Assembly: GCF_006345805.1 (NCBI RefSeq)
Contig: NC_043006.1
Location: 101,432,001-101,496,000, forward strand
Origin: Octopus sinensis
Lineage: Eukaryota
Reading direction: 5' to 3'
Length of the DNA stretch: 64,000 nt
The notes under the pieces were generated by a model. That model was not told the origin of the DNA. It made no database searches and saw only the letters and a list, made by a program, of their open reading frames with translations. Of the stretch, positions 36,744 to 48,697 are shown one piece after another. Both the position numbers and the translations under genes were made by a program. Numbering within the stretch: the stretch's first letter is position 1; each line of letters opens with the position of its first letter.

Positions 36744-38768
36744 CTTGAAAACAGGGGGCAATTGTTCGTGGTGTGAGTCTTATAGCACATGAAAGACAGT
36801 GTAAATGTAGCTAGAAATTTAGTTAAATAATTAAAGAGTCTGAGTATTATGTATATTGTGCCCTACCTATGTATTACCCTTAAACATTTAGTGTGTTAAT
36901 TCTTTGCCAACAGGCTCACTGAAGCAGAATTGACCAGTTCTTGTTAGCAACAGCAACCACAGCAAATTCCCTCATGTATCTAACACATCAAATTTAATTT
37001 TTCTTTCTGCTGTCTTTGCATAAATCTGCCAATGATTTTAGTTGTGTCAATAATACAATTACTTTTCCTATCTATGAAACAGTGTGATTGTCAACTGGAT
37101 TTCACTTTTAGAACATGGTCTATGAAGTATCAATTAAGACAAGTGTTGCTAGAAGGGTTAGCTCCTTGACAACAGAATATACTGATCCATGTAGCACGAT
37201 TTACTTGTGTTATTAGATGAGATAGAGATAGCGATTAATCTAATTATATTAGCACTAATGAAATCATTGTTAAGGATTAAATTTATTGTAAGTCTTCACA
37301 ATATTCAGAACTAGATGTGAACTTTAGCAAAGTCTGCAAAAATATAAATGAAACATTTTGTTCCTTTTGAAAAGCTTTATTACACACACACACACACACA
37401 TACACATGTGTACACACACACACACACATTTAGAGTAATTTAATTGTATGATTACTTTATCAATGCATAGGCACATTTTAAAATACGATGTTTTGTAAAA
37501 TAACTGTCATTTTTATTATACTTGGAACTCATATATATATATATATATTCCCTTTGTCATTTTGAAAAATATTCAGTTTATAAAATAAGCAGCTTTCCTT
37601 TCCTTTACTGTTTCTGTCAGTAAAATACTTTGCAAAGAGTTAATAGAAACAATTCTGGAAAGTCTTAGTTGTTGATGATACCCAGTGTTCTAATTTAGCA
37701 AAGTTTTGTTTATGAAATCAAAATCTGATAAATACATTAGAAAATGGTTCTAAGTTAAAATTATCGTAATTATACGTGTGAACATAAGAGTTCTCTAAAT
37801 GTTCTAAAATATGTGGTGCACAGAACTATAATCATAATGTTTGCAATAGTTATTGGTTATTGTAGCAAAACTATCTTCTTTGCGTGATACCAAATAATAT
37901 TATCAGTTTTATATTACATGGAAAAATGTGAGCATGAAAAGTCATATTCTTAAGATCATAAACCTGGAAAAGTACAGGACAGGTTATTACACCTGTAAAA
38001 GTAGAGGACAAGCTATTACTTCTTGTAAAGTAAAGAACAAGAAACTTTTTACTTAAAATATTGCAGCAAAGAATTTGTCCAATTGTCACTCTGTAACTTC
38101 TGACAAAATAGCTTCTAAAATACAAAATTTTGTCAAAAACGTTAAGAGTAAACCCTGTTCTATGTGACACATTCTACCGGTATTGGAAGTTTGAAAGTGT
38201 TTAGTTAAAAAAGTTAATTAAATTATCTGTACGTCAAAATTTACCTTGGCAAAATTTGAACTAAAATCCATAAAGACATGAAATGCTGTTAAGGATTTTG
38301 CTCAGCACGCTTATGTTCCAGCTTGTCACCTTAGAAAGTAAACATTCATTTTAGAAATATATTCTTTATTCTTATTGCTTAAGCATTACTCCCTTCCTTA
38401 ATTACTGACATGAAATTTCATAACATTTTACTTCATAATTTTTTTTTACTAACTTTTGTTCAATGTGACTAGCAATTCTGAATCCCTCATGCATTTTTCT
38501 ATCATTTAAGCCTAAGAAAGGTTTACTTTTAATTTAAAATTAAAAACATGTATGCTAATTGAAGATGAATATCTGCCTTACTGTACCCCTTGAGGTTGCA
38601 GATATTTTGATGTAACTTTTTTTCTACTGAATCAAATCTCAAACTATTTATGAGGTGTCCTCTTTAAAACTATTAACAGTTTGCAATTTAGTTGAGAACT
38701 GAATTAGTGGTGAAGCTTGGAGGCTGCTGTGATTGACAAAATGGTGGACTTAAGAAGATGATACAGAT

Positions 38769-38953
38769 ATGCATGCTTCCGAATTCTTCTTGCTTACTTC
38801 TTGTCATCCAGCATCAGTTTTCTAATGATCCGCATCATAGTGGCAGCTTAATAACTATTGTCTGTTAGCTTGATAGCTGCAACTTCTCCTTATAGATGCA
38901 CCCCCATTTAATATATTACTGCAATTTTACCCTTCTCCTACTTACCAATACCA
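38769..38953. repeat. About 185-bp dispersed direct repeat, copy 2
   Basis: See copy 1. Confidence 0.9.
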
Positions 38954-39055
38954 GTTGCACCACTATCACACAATGTAGTGTAACTGGATGCTGTTCCTTG
39001 TTGAAGAACCATTGTAAGGAAGAAATTCCTTGATGGAATGTATTATTTAGTGATA
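38946..39055 (-). CDS. Candidate 110-nt exon
   Basis: tgtgtctctcatgcag acceptor; TTG/gtaagt donor; one frame fully open, another has ACAATGG starting MVLQQGTASSYTTLCDSGATGI. Confidence 0.25.
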
Positions 39056-40429
39056 CTGCATGAGAGACACAATATTTGTTATTTTAGTGAAATTAACTAC
39101 AGTTTTAGTGACGATAGTATATCTTATTTCTATCTGAAAATTTCTCTTTTCTTATCTGCCTGCCTATCTGTTTGTGATTCTCCCCTTCTCTTCTTTTAAA
39201 AGCCTCAATTTTGTATCTCTATCTTAGTCTAGCCTGACTGTTTGTCTGTCTGCCTGTCTGAAAATCTTCCAGTATTTGCCATTTACTGCCATTCAGTCTA
39301 CTGAAATGCATATGGGCATTTTAATATTTTTCTCCTACCAGTTCCTCTCCACTTTTAAAGACAAACAGCAGATAGTTTCTGTGTATGATAGTACTTGAAG
39401 ACTCATATACTGTTGTCTAGATACAGTTTTCCTTTTTAAAAAAAAAATAAAAATAAAAACAACAACCTAATTGCTTATATTTTGTTACAAGAATGTTTTA
39501 ACCGATATTGATAATCTTAAAGCTTGTAGAATGCACATTATCACCAAGGAATGAAAATACATGGACACGCATGAAAATCAACAACAAAAGGAAAAATTAA
39601 TAAAAGAAATGAATAACAAAAACAACCTGTCTTATTCTATCAGGAAATATTTCCAATAAAAGAAGGTTTATGTACATTGAGTCAGAAAAACAGTTTCTTC
39701 TATAATGATTGGCTTCAGGAAAGATATTTGAGTTGTGAAAACACTTCAAATTTGCTGTTAAAAGAAACCTTGAGGCTGCTAGAATTAAACAAACATCATA
39801 TGTTTTTTACCTCCTCCTATATAAAAGCAACAGCTCTTTGCAGTTACTATAAGTAGATAGATCTATAAAAGAAAACCTATCAATTTCTGCTAGTGCCCCC
39901 CTCTCATTCTCTCTCTCTCTCTCTCTTATATATAAGTAGAGAGTAATGTAAAAACATTATGAAGGATATATTATAAATAATTAAGATTATTTATGAATAT
40001 ATCAATGGCCAAACATGTTATCATAAAATATAAAGAAGAAAAAAAAACGTATATAAATATGAACAAGTGACGATTGTAACTAAGAGGGTTAAAAAAATCT
40101 TACATGTTAAAAATAGCAGCTAAAACCACTATAAAGCCATTATGTCACTCATATTATTTCTCCTCATGATAACAACTGACTTCGGGTGACATGGCAAATA
40201 GAATCCACAACTTGAAAATAATTGGTTAATTCTCTATTGCACTTTTGGTGTTAGGGACTATTTAAGGGACCCATTCACCTCATCAGGGGAAATATTCCTA
40301 TAGAGAGAAATCAAACAAGACTTTACCTTGGGGCTAGCATGAATCCCGACCGGCAATAAAATAGTTTTCCCTGGTGTGTGTGTGTGTATATGTATATATA
40401 TATATGTGTGTGTGTGTGTGTATACATAC

Positions 40430-40600
40430 AAATAAACGAACAACAAACACAGAAAAGAAACAACAACGTGAGGACGTGGTACATGTAAAGTATTAGCAAT
40501 CACGCAGGAAAGGAAAGAAAGAGGGTTTAATGCTTCGAGCAAAGCTCTTCTTCAGAAACACAGTAAAGTCCAGTTGAATAGGAAGACAGAGGATAAACAA
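40430..40600 (-). mobile_element. PLE-type terminal repeat fragment (homologous to 52945-53100)
   Basis: Shared ctaatactttacatgtaccacgt and the hammerhead block. Confidence 0.75.
40525..40559 (-). ncRNA. Degenerate minimal hammerhead motif
   Basis: GTTT-CTGAAGA-A-GAGC(TTT)GCTC-GAAG-CATT-AAAC; stems I and II are perfect; GAAA is mutated to GAAG. Confidence 0.6.
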
Positions 40601-41160
40601 ATCGCCAACATATATCTATATATATATCAGCACACCAAGCAGGAACACAGAGGCTCACTCAACAAAATAGAAGTTAAAATCTTGTCCACACATACAACAG
40701 ATGCAACGCTTAGACAAATTACACATATAATAGAAGATAAACCTAGCCTGGATAGGAAACTAGAATGGGACACTAGCACACACCACAACCAATGACAGTA
40801 TAAGATCCCCATAGACTGATGATAATATGAATATAATACAATACACAGATAAATAAATGGAATTAAATAATTATATACGTTAACAAATAAATTTAAATTT
40901 AATACAAAAAAAGAAAGAAAAGTAAAAGTAAGTAGATATGAATACAAGTCATTCCCCCCCCCCACACACACACGTAATAAACAGACACAAACAGGGATAT
41001 ATGCATGTGCAAATAAAGACACATTCAACAGGAATATAAAATGGCAGATCATTAGTAAGGAGAGACACACAAAAAAGAAAGAAAAAAAGCAAAGGACCAC
41101 TAATGAGGTCACAGAAGTGTGAGGAAAAAGCTCTGGTCAAAATACAATTAATATAAAGTA
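40600..41160 (+). mobile_element. PLE 3' remnant: GIY-YIG C-terminus plus 3' UTR/pLTR
   Basis: IYQHTKQEH..IEVKILSTH..LRQITHIIEDKPSLDRKLEW resembles the end of PLE endonucleases (..I...KPSLN); hammerhead-like motif about 300 nt downstream. Confidence 0.65.
41095..41138 (+). ncRNA. Degenerate minimal hammerhead motif
   Basis: GACCA-CTAATGA-G-GTCACA(gaag)TGTGA-g-GAAAAAGCTC-TGGTC; stem I GACCA/TGGTC is perfect; core G5 is changed to A. Confidence 0.55.
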
Positions 41161-41269
41161 AAGCTGAAGCTTTACTTTGCTATGTACTGTATTGTGATCA
41201 TTCTGCTTGAGAATTACATTAATCATATTTATACCTGTGAAATGGTCTGCTTGCTGCATGTTAATTTAA

Positions 41270-41900
41270 TTAGCAGGCAATTCAGTTGTCCATGCTGGTA
41301 TGGGTTGGGCAGTGTGACAGGCACTGGCCAGCTTAAGAGCTGCCCAGGTTCCACGTCTATTTTGGCATGGTTTCTATGGTTTGATACACTTCCTAATGCC
41401 AACAACCTTCAAGAATGTACTGAGCACTTTTATGCATCACTGGCACAGATGCTCTTATGTGGCACCAACATGGGTGCTCTTTAAATGTTACCAGCACCCA
41501 TGAGCCTGGAAGGTTAGGATCACTCAGTGGAAGAGGGATGCAAGGGAGATGCTTGTATGCAAAAACAACCATGATTTCACTTAGCTTGATGTGTCTTCTT
41601 GAGCACAACAAACTGCCAGAAGTCTCAGCAGCTTGTCGTCCCATCTGTGAAGCTCACCACTTCATCCCACGCCTTCCTGGGTCTACCCCATCTACTCATT
41701 TCCTCTACCATTAGAGATCAGTACTTCTTGATGCAACTGTCTTCATTCTTTTGTATTACATGACCAAACCAGTACAGTTTTCTTTCTTGCACATTACATC
41801 TGATGCCTCACATTCCCAGTTTTTCTCTCAAATCTCTTACACTCTGTTGCACAATGCACACTGATATTGCCCATCCAGTAGAGTATACTGGCTTCATTTC
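41270..41900 (-). mobile_element. RTE LINE 3' fragment running into family C-type 3' sequence
   Basis: Minus frames: DLREKLG..VQERKLYWFGHVIQKNEDSCIKK..VE..GRPRKAWDEVV (RTE RT C-terminus); 41270-41480 matches family C. Confidence 0.8.
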
Positions 41901-41950
41901 TTACACGGGCATATATATCTACGTGTATATAAATTATCATCTTATATGTA

Positions 41951-41991
<41 letters not shown>

Positions 41992-42244
41992 CGTTTTTTG
42001 TATTTATATTCGTTCCTGTTGCATTTACATTTGTTCCTTTTTCCAAGAAATCTAATGCTCACAGCTTAGTTTTTCCTTGGGGCTGGGCGCGTTGGAGCAA
42101 ATATCAGAATTAATCAGCCGAAATTTGCTATGATGATCCAGTTTCTGACTGAAGATTAAAGGCTTTGAATGACCCTTCTATTTTCTGTGTTCGTCCCTTT
42201 GTGTATTTCACGTTCTTGTTTCTTTATATATAAATTTTATTCCT

Positions 42245-42324
42245 ATATATATATATATATATAATATATATATATATACACACACATATATATATATATA
42301 TATACACACACATATATATATATA

Positions 42325-42396
<72 letters not shown>

Positions 42397-42400
42397 ACAC
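42245..42400. repeat. Compound (TA)n/(CA)n microsatellite
   Basis: Direct read. Confidence 0.95.
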
Positions 42401-42675
42401 ACGTTTATATGAATGGCAGTTTAAACAATTTATATAACTGTACCATTGTTTGAGTGGGCTGAAGGTTCATAGATTCTGTAACATTTTTCCTAACTTACAA
42501 AAAATTGAGAAAAACGACATCCTTCATCTTGTCGACCCTGGAGTCTGTCTTAGCAGTTAATTAGCAAGTATGAATTCTCACACTCTTATCAACAGGAACA
42601 TGTTGGGCCAGTTATGCCAAACCTTTAAATCCCTTAAGCAAACAGAAAGCATATAGTTAAAGAATGAAGATTAAC

Positions 42676-42723
42676 TAGTTATTTCCCTTACAAACCCGAG
42701 CAATGCTGGGCGATACTGCTAGT
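42676..42723 (+). mobile_element. Helitron-type 3' end only
   Basis: tagttatttcccttacaaacccgagcaatgctgggcgatactgCTAG. Confidence 0.8.
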
Positions 42724-42879
42724 AATGGATAAAAAAAAAGATGAATAGAGCTTCTATTCAATAGTACTAAGAGGAAAATACACTAATATTTCAGTGAAAA
42801 TGACCTATTGGTAAATAATGGATTCGTTACTTTGTGATTTAATAACTTCTACATTTTATTTTTTTTTTAAATATTCCAG

Positions 42880-42964
42880 CTAAAGACGACAGTCACAAAC
42901 TGGATAAACATGACATTGTGTTAGAGAGATTAATAAATTCAATTAGACAAACAAATGGAATCGG
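42880..42964 (+). CDS. Candidate coding exon xKDDSHKLDKHDIVLERLINSIRQTNGI(G)
   Basis: Strong acceptor (ttctacattttattttttttttaaatattccag); donor CGG/gtgaga; open frame, phase 1 to 2. Confidence 0.45.
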
Positions 42965-43031
42965 GTGAGACAATCAGAATGGTCACCAAGCAAAATGTCT
43001 TGAGGCTGATAAATTATTCTATATTTTGCAG

Positions 43032-43068
43032 GAAAAGACAAAACAAAAGAAGTGTAAACAATGAATAG
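43032..43068 (+). CDS. Candidate terminal exon (G)KRQNKRSVNNE*
   Basis: 67-nt GT-AG intron with a ctgat branch-like site and tattctatattttgcag acceptor; phase matches the preceding exon. Confidence 0.35.
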
Positions 43069-43392
43069 CCATATTTTTTTCTTTAATTGAGACATTTAAA
43101 TTTAATTAACAAATCTATCATTAAGTGCACACAATTTCATGTTTTGCTTGTTGCAGACAGTGAAGAACTAGCCTGAAAATAATGATTTATTTATAACTAT
43201 CTCTGCCATATTTTGTTTTTGTAAGTCTTAACACTGCTACATACTGTATCAATAGGTGTAGATTAAGCTGCTTTGACTGTAGAAAATTGTTTAAGAAGAA
43301 TCTCAAACTCTGCAGCAGTTATCTTGTTAATCAAGTTAACCCTGTTGCAAAAGATACTATGTAGTGGAAGAAAGGTAACCTAGGAGTTGATA

Positions 43393-44941
43393 TCGTATAC
43401 AGGGGTTGGACGAAATAATGGAAACACCTGTATCATAGCATCATAATTTTGAAATATCTGTAAAACTGTCAAAATCTTGTTTATCTTTATGTCTTTTGAT
43501 TTATTATTAGTGTTGTTTAATATGTTTTGCTAAAATTGCTGATTCTCTTCAGATATCATCAGAAAAAAGTAATTAAAATTCATTAAAATGACAGATTTAT
43601 CAGACTTTCAAAGAGGTCAAATTGTTGGTGCTCACATGGCGGGTGCTAGCGTAACGAAAACAGCTGATTTGTTTGATGTATCATTAACTACTGTCTCGAA
43701 AGTAATGACAGCCTTTGAGAAAGAGGGGAAAATACTCCTCGTCGAAATAAATCTCTGGAAGAAAACCAAAACTTTCAGATGGGGACCGTTGGACTCGTAT
43801 GTGAATTGTTAGAAAGGTTCACAAAAGTACAGCTCCCAAAATTACTGCAGAGCTTAATGACTACCTCAAGAACTCAGTTTCCACAAAACTGTTCACTGGA
43901 AGCTGCACAAAGCTGGATTTCATAGGAGGGCTGCAATCAAAAGACCAATACTTTCAAAAACAAACATTGCAAAGCATTTAGAGTGGAGTAAAAACCTACA
44001 GAATTGGTCCCTAGAGCAATGGAAGAATGTTATTTTCTCGAATGAGTCATCCTTTACTTTATTTCCAACCATCAGCTGAGTATATGTGTGGAGATGATCT
44101 AGGGAGCTATATCTTGGAAATCCACCAGCCCAATGGTTTCCCTTCATGGCAGAATTAATAGTCAAGACTATTTAAGCATTTTATCTTATCAAATTCTTGC
44201 AGAACTCTTTCTGAAGGGAAATGCAATCTTTCAGAATGATAATGCACCAATTCATACTGCCAAAGTTGTTACTGAATGGCATGAGGAACATTCCAGTAAA
44301 GTTGAACATCTTATCTGGCCACCACAGTCCCCTGATCTCAATATTATTGAACATTTATGGTGTATTTTAGAAAAACAAGTAAGGAGTCGATATCCTACAA
44401 GAACTGGAGACTGTTTTAGCAGAAGTATCGACAAAAATTCCTTTGGAAACAATTCAAACTTTGTACAAGTCCATAACTCATAGAATTCAAGCTGTAATTA
44501 CTGCCAAAGGCGGTCCTAACCCATATTAACATAAATTTGTTTGAAATTTTAAGGTCTTTCCATTATTTTGTCCAACCCCTGTATATTCGTGGATAGGTCG
44601 CATTAGTTTGGGTTTGTCAAAGTAGCTATTTACTGCTGACTTGCAGATAGGTCACACTATAATTTGGGGAGTTACAATGGCTCCTTTATAACATAAATAT
44701 AATTACTATTTGTTAGATATTATCAAATATTCACTGTTATTTCAAAATTTTGCTTACAAATGTTAAAACATTTTTGTGGAAGTGACTTTATGAAAGTAGT
44801 TTAATTGATAAATCAACTTGTCTACTGATATGCCACCATCTACTTCAGATCCCTGTGATGTTGAGTGGATAGGTTGCATCCCTGATTTTTAGCAAAAGTT
44901 TTGGCTAAAAAAAAGTGTGACCTATCCGTGAGTGTATATGG
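43393..44941. mobile_element. About 365-bp Tc1/mariner-superfamily MITE interrupted by a Tc1 element
   Basis: After removing the Tc1 and one TA, the left end TA-tcgtatatattcgtggataggtcgca aligns without gaps to the right-end reverse complement TA-ccatatacactcacggataggtcaca; internal gataggt motifs. Confidence 0.8.
43400..44581 (+). mobile_element. Tc1-family DNA transposon (DD36E), near full length, inactive
   Basis: TA TSDs; TIR caggggttggac.aaataatggaaa.acct; transposase MTDLSDFQRGQIVGAHMAGASVTKTA.., NVIFSNESSF, FQNDNAPIH..SPDLNIIEHLW, with frameshifts and deletions. Confidence 0.95.
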
Positions 44942-45582
44942 TAATTGAAAGAATGGAGTGAAGTTGAATTGCAGACTCAGTTCCTTGACAGAATTTTGTC
45001 AGACTGCAGTACATAAGGTATTCAGTTAGCAGTGTTGTTGGAGCATTGGATAGTTTGTTTTGTAGTAATTGTTCTGCTTCTGCTTTATGCACCCTAAGTT
45101 CAAATACTGCCAAGGTCAATTTTGCATTTCACCCTTTCAAGGTAAATAAATAAAGTAACGGCCTTTTAGGGGAGCAGGGTGGTAAATTTTTCTGTCTATC
45201 TGCATGTCTCTATCTTTCTTGAGGAAAAAAGCTGTTGTCAAATCTGGAGTGAGGTGGGCTTAGCTAAGTCTAAAAATGATTTAATACATGCATGATGGCA
45301 TCTATATCTCCATGTAGAGTTCAAGGGCCAAAATTAAGACAAGACAACAGTATCTGTTACCTTTCCAGCAACTATTAAATACTGTAGCTCATGAACCAAT
45401 GGAAGAATTTCTGTGCAGTTGCTTGACCTGGTGGAAATAGTACGTAAATATTTATCAAATTAAGCTGTATGATCTCAAAGAAGGAAGGACACACTGACTA
45501 ATGTGCTTCTAGATATGCAATACTTGAAAAAAGAAAACATAAGGTTTTGAGAGTAGGAATGTCTAGACCATAGATTTGCTCT

Positions 45583-45754
45583 CATCATCATCATCGTTTA
45601 ACGTCCGTTCTCCATGGGTTGGACGGTTCGTCGGGGATCTGGGAAGCCAGAAGGCTGCACCAGGCTCCGGTCTTATCTGGCAATGTTTCTACAGCTGGAT
45701 GCCCTTCCTAACGCCAACCACTCTGTGAGTGTAGTGGGTGCTTTTTACGTGCCA
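45583..45754 (-). mobile_element. Family C element 3' part (young)
   Basis: (cat)n cgtttaacgtccg..ggttggacggttcg..ctacagctggatgcccttcctaacgccaacc. Confidence 0.85.
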
Positions 45755-47946
45755 ATTAGAACTACACATCAACAGTACTGCTACTGCTGCTGCACACAAC
45801 CATTTTGTCACAGAATCTTCTGTAGAACATGGTAGCATTACTTTTACTTTCATTGTCATCTCTGATTTGATTGAATCCAGAATCAAAAAGCTGAAAAAAA
45901 TTAGTTTAACATGTATGTTCCCATCAGACACTGAATAATTTAAAGAACATAGATGTTTCTTTTGGGCAGCAAGTAGCCTTGTTATTAGGTTAGAAACACT
46001 AACTGCATAAAACTCTCATTGTAAGCACTATTTAGGATGCTGCAGGAATACAGTTTACCTAAGCATGGATACTATAAAATTAACAGCAATATATCTTTAA
46101 ATTGCTTTAGTTATGGATTTAGGAATAATCCACCACAAAATCTTCCTTCTATATGAGAGTTAATGAATCTATTTTGGCATTTCTTTTTTCCTCTTTTAAA
46201 ATCTATTCTACCTCTTTGACCTCTTTTTATCTCATCTTATTCCTTTTCTCTTTATCTCATTCTTTATCCTTTATTTCTGTTTTCTTTTTTGTTTCCTTTT
46301 AAATTTTTTGTTGCACTTCCTTTCTCTCAGTTTTTCTCCTTTCAGAGAGAATCTTTAAATAAAATAAATAATAACAAAGGTTGCAACAACAGTTTTTATC
46401 TATCCTTTCAAATTCAATTGTTTAAGATAACACATAACACATTTTCTTTTATTTACATCTCCAACCCCAGAATGAAACTGCTTTTATTCTTTGAAGGCTG
46501 ATTGCAGTTACAGATTGGCTTTTAGGGAATATACACATTATTGTTAGACTGCAGTAATCCAGAAGTCCAGTGCTTGGTGTTGTGATGGTTCTAATAATGT
46601 CTAAGGTCATCAAAAAGAAAATATATGATCAGAAATTGGTTGTATGAGTTGCAGTAGCCTGTTTCAAATTTTGTACAAACCTTATCTAGTGGCATACGGC
46701 CAAATATTTCTCTATAGTTATTTGCTATACTTTTACCACATAGACTTCAAATATTGATATTCACGTCAGCTAGATTGCATTTCAGTTTTAATTCCAGCTT
46801 TCTGTGCTCTAAGTTCCAATACTGCGAAGCTCAGCTTTGCTGTTTTTCCTTGTAAGGTCATGAAATAAAGTACCAGTCTTATAGAGGAGTCAATCTTTCT
46901 CTTCCATTTCTTTCTGTCTGTCTCTTCTTGAAAAAATTGGTAATGGTCAGACCTGTAGAAGGATGGACTCTGTCATGTCTAAAGATCTCCAAGCCATTAT
47001 ATGCCATGACAGCACCCCTCCAATTTCATCAGAAGTTGAGAGCCCAAGGCAAAGCAATAATTTAATTTTGTAACAATTCATTTTTTTTTCATGAGAATAT
47101 TTCATATTACAAAATATATTGGTGTGATTTGTATTATGTATCATGTTCCCTAGATCCAAAACAGTTGTAGCACAAGCATAGAACTGAATAGAGGTTATAG
47201 GAAAAGTTAATAATGTTATTCCTAATAGAATTGACATAAATTGACTAAAGAATATGATATTAATGATGGCTTATATCTGTTTATTCTTTTTTCTATATTA
47301 TCAGTTTGTGAAAAACAACATAGATGGTTACAGATATCTGATGGACTGGTTACTAGATCTCAGCATTTCTGGCAGCAGGAGTGACTAAGTTGTGTCTAAC
47401 TCAATGCAGAATAATATCTCGAGAGACTTTCTTTATAAAACACCACTTTTATGTTTGCTTATAGTTGTTTAATTCCAATATATACTATTAAAAGGTATAC
47501 ATATGTATCTATCTGTATATATATATATATATGTATACATATACTTATCTATTTATTTACTCACACACACTACCGACTATCTAAGTGATATTGGGATTTA
47601 TTGATTTGGATAGAGTTATTTTGAAGTTGATATTGAATCAATGCATTTGTTAGTGAATGGTAAGGATTAAAATAAGCAGAACATTAATTTACTGATACAT
47701 TTCAAATTTAGGGTCGTTGCATACTGCTGGGTTTATGAGAGAGTGTAATTATTATGACAAGAATAAATAACACTAATTTGTTGGACCTTACAAATCCTTT
47801 GGATGGAGCCAATGAAGATATATCTCAGATTTCTTTTTCTGATGCATGTTCTGGAGCACCGCTTCAACTCTGAGACAGGAAATCAATGCTCAGGAATCAA
47901 TATCTTGTAAATATGTACAAAAAACACTTACATGTTATCAACTTAC

Positions 47947-47961
47947 CTGTATTCAACCTAT
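47947..47961 (-). CDS. Candidate 15-nt microexon (xRLNT)
   Basis: Acceptor gtcactttcacctgcctag (contains TGC); donor CAG/gtaagt is a perfect consensus; open in phase 1. Confidence 0.4.
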
Positions 47962-48134
47962 CTAGGCAGGTGAAAGTGACATGACAATAATAGATAAAAG
48001 TTAAGTGATCACAATAATAGATAAAAACCACATTATAAATGTACACCAACAATCATTATATCATATCAGCAAATTTCATGTAAATTCATGCAATTGTTAC
48101 ATTGTGTGATATTTACTTTTGCATTTTTTCTTTT

Positions 48135-48495
48135 GTTTCTTTTACATGTTCCTGTCATTGGAATGTGGCCACACTGGGGCACCACCACAAATCAACCAAT
48201 CAACCCAGTACTTATATTTTAAAGCCTGGTCCTTATTATATTATCCTCTTTTGCTGAACTGTTAAATTGTGCAGATGTAAACATGCCAATACTAGTTGTC
48301 AAGCAATGATGAGGGATAAACGCAAATAAAAAGATACACACATACACAACAGGCTTCTTTTAGTTTCCATCTACCAAATCCACTCACAAGGTTTTGGTCG
48401 ACCCAGAAATATAGTAGAAAGCACTTGCCCAAAGTGCCATGCAGTGGGACTGAACCCTCAACTATGTGGTTCAGAAGCAAATCTCTTATCACACA
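48135..48495 (-). mobile_element. Family A-related SINE (degenerate)
   Basis: gtggccacactggggcacc..tagttgtcaagc..ccaaatccactcacaagg..gggactgaacc. Confidence 0.75.
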
Positions 48496-48646
48496 CCCCT
48501 GCATTTCATTGAAAATATCATTAAGTGATTTATATTGAGAAAATACCACAAGACTTTAAGTGTTAAAGGCTGCACAGTCATTTAAAATATGATTCTTCAG
48601 AAGACCCTAGCTGTCATAGGTTGAGTAGATGTAGATTGATGCTTGA

Positions 48647-48661
48647 TCTCTCTCTCTCTCA

Positions 48662-48694
<33 letters not shown>
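48647..48694. repeat. (CT)n microsatellite
   Basis: Direct read. Confidence 0.95.

Positions 48695-48697
<3 letters not shown>

Noticed and set aside
42065-42175. GGCTG..CAGCC-GAAA stem resembling the 639-684 hammerhead
   Set aside because: No CTGANGA precedes the stem in this copy.
46947-47237. 96-aa minus ORF with a hydrophobic N-terminus
   Set aside because: No recognisable domain; overlapping plus frames are also open; length is compatible with chance.
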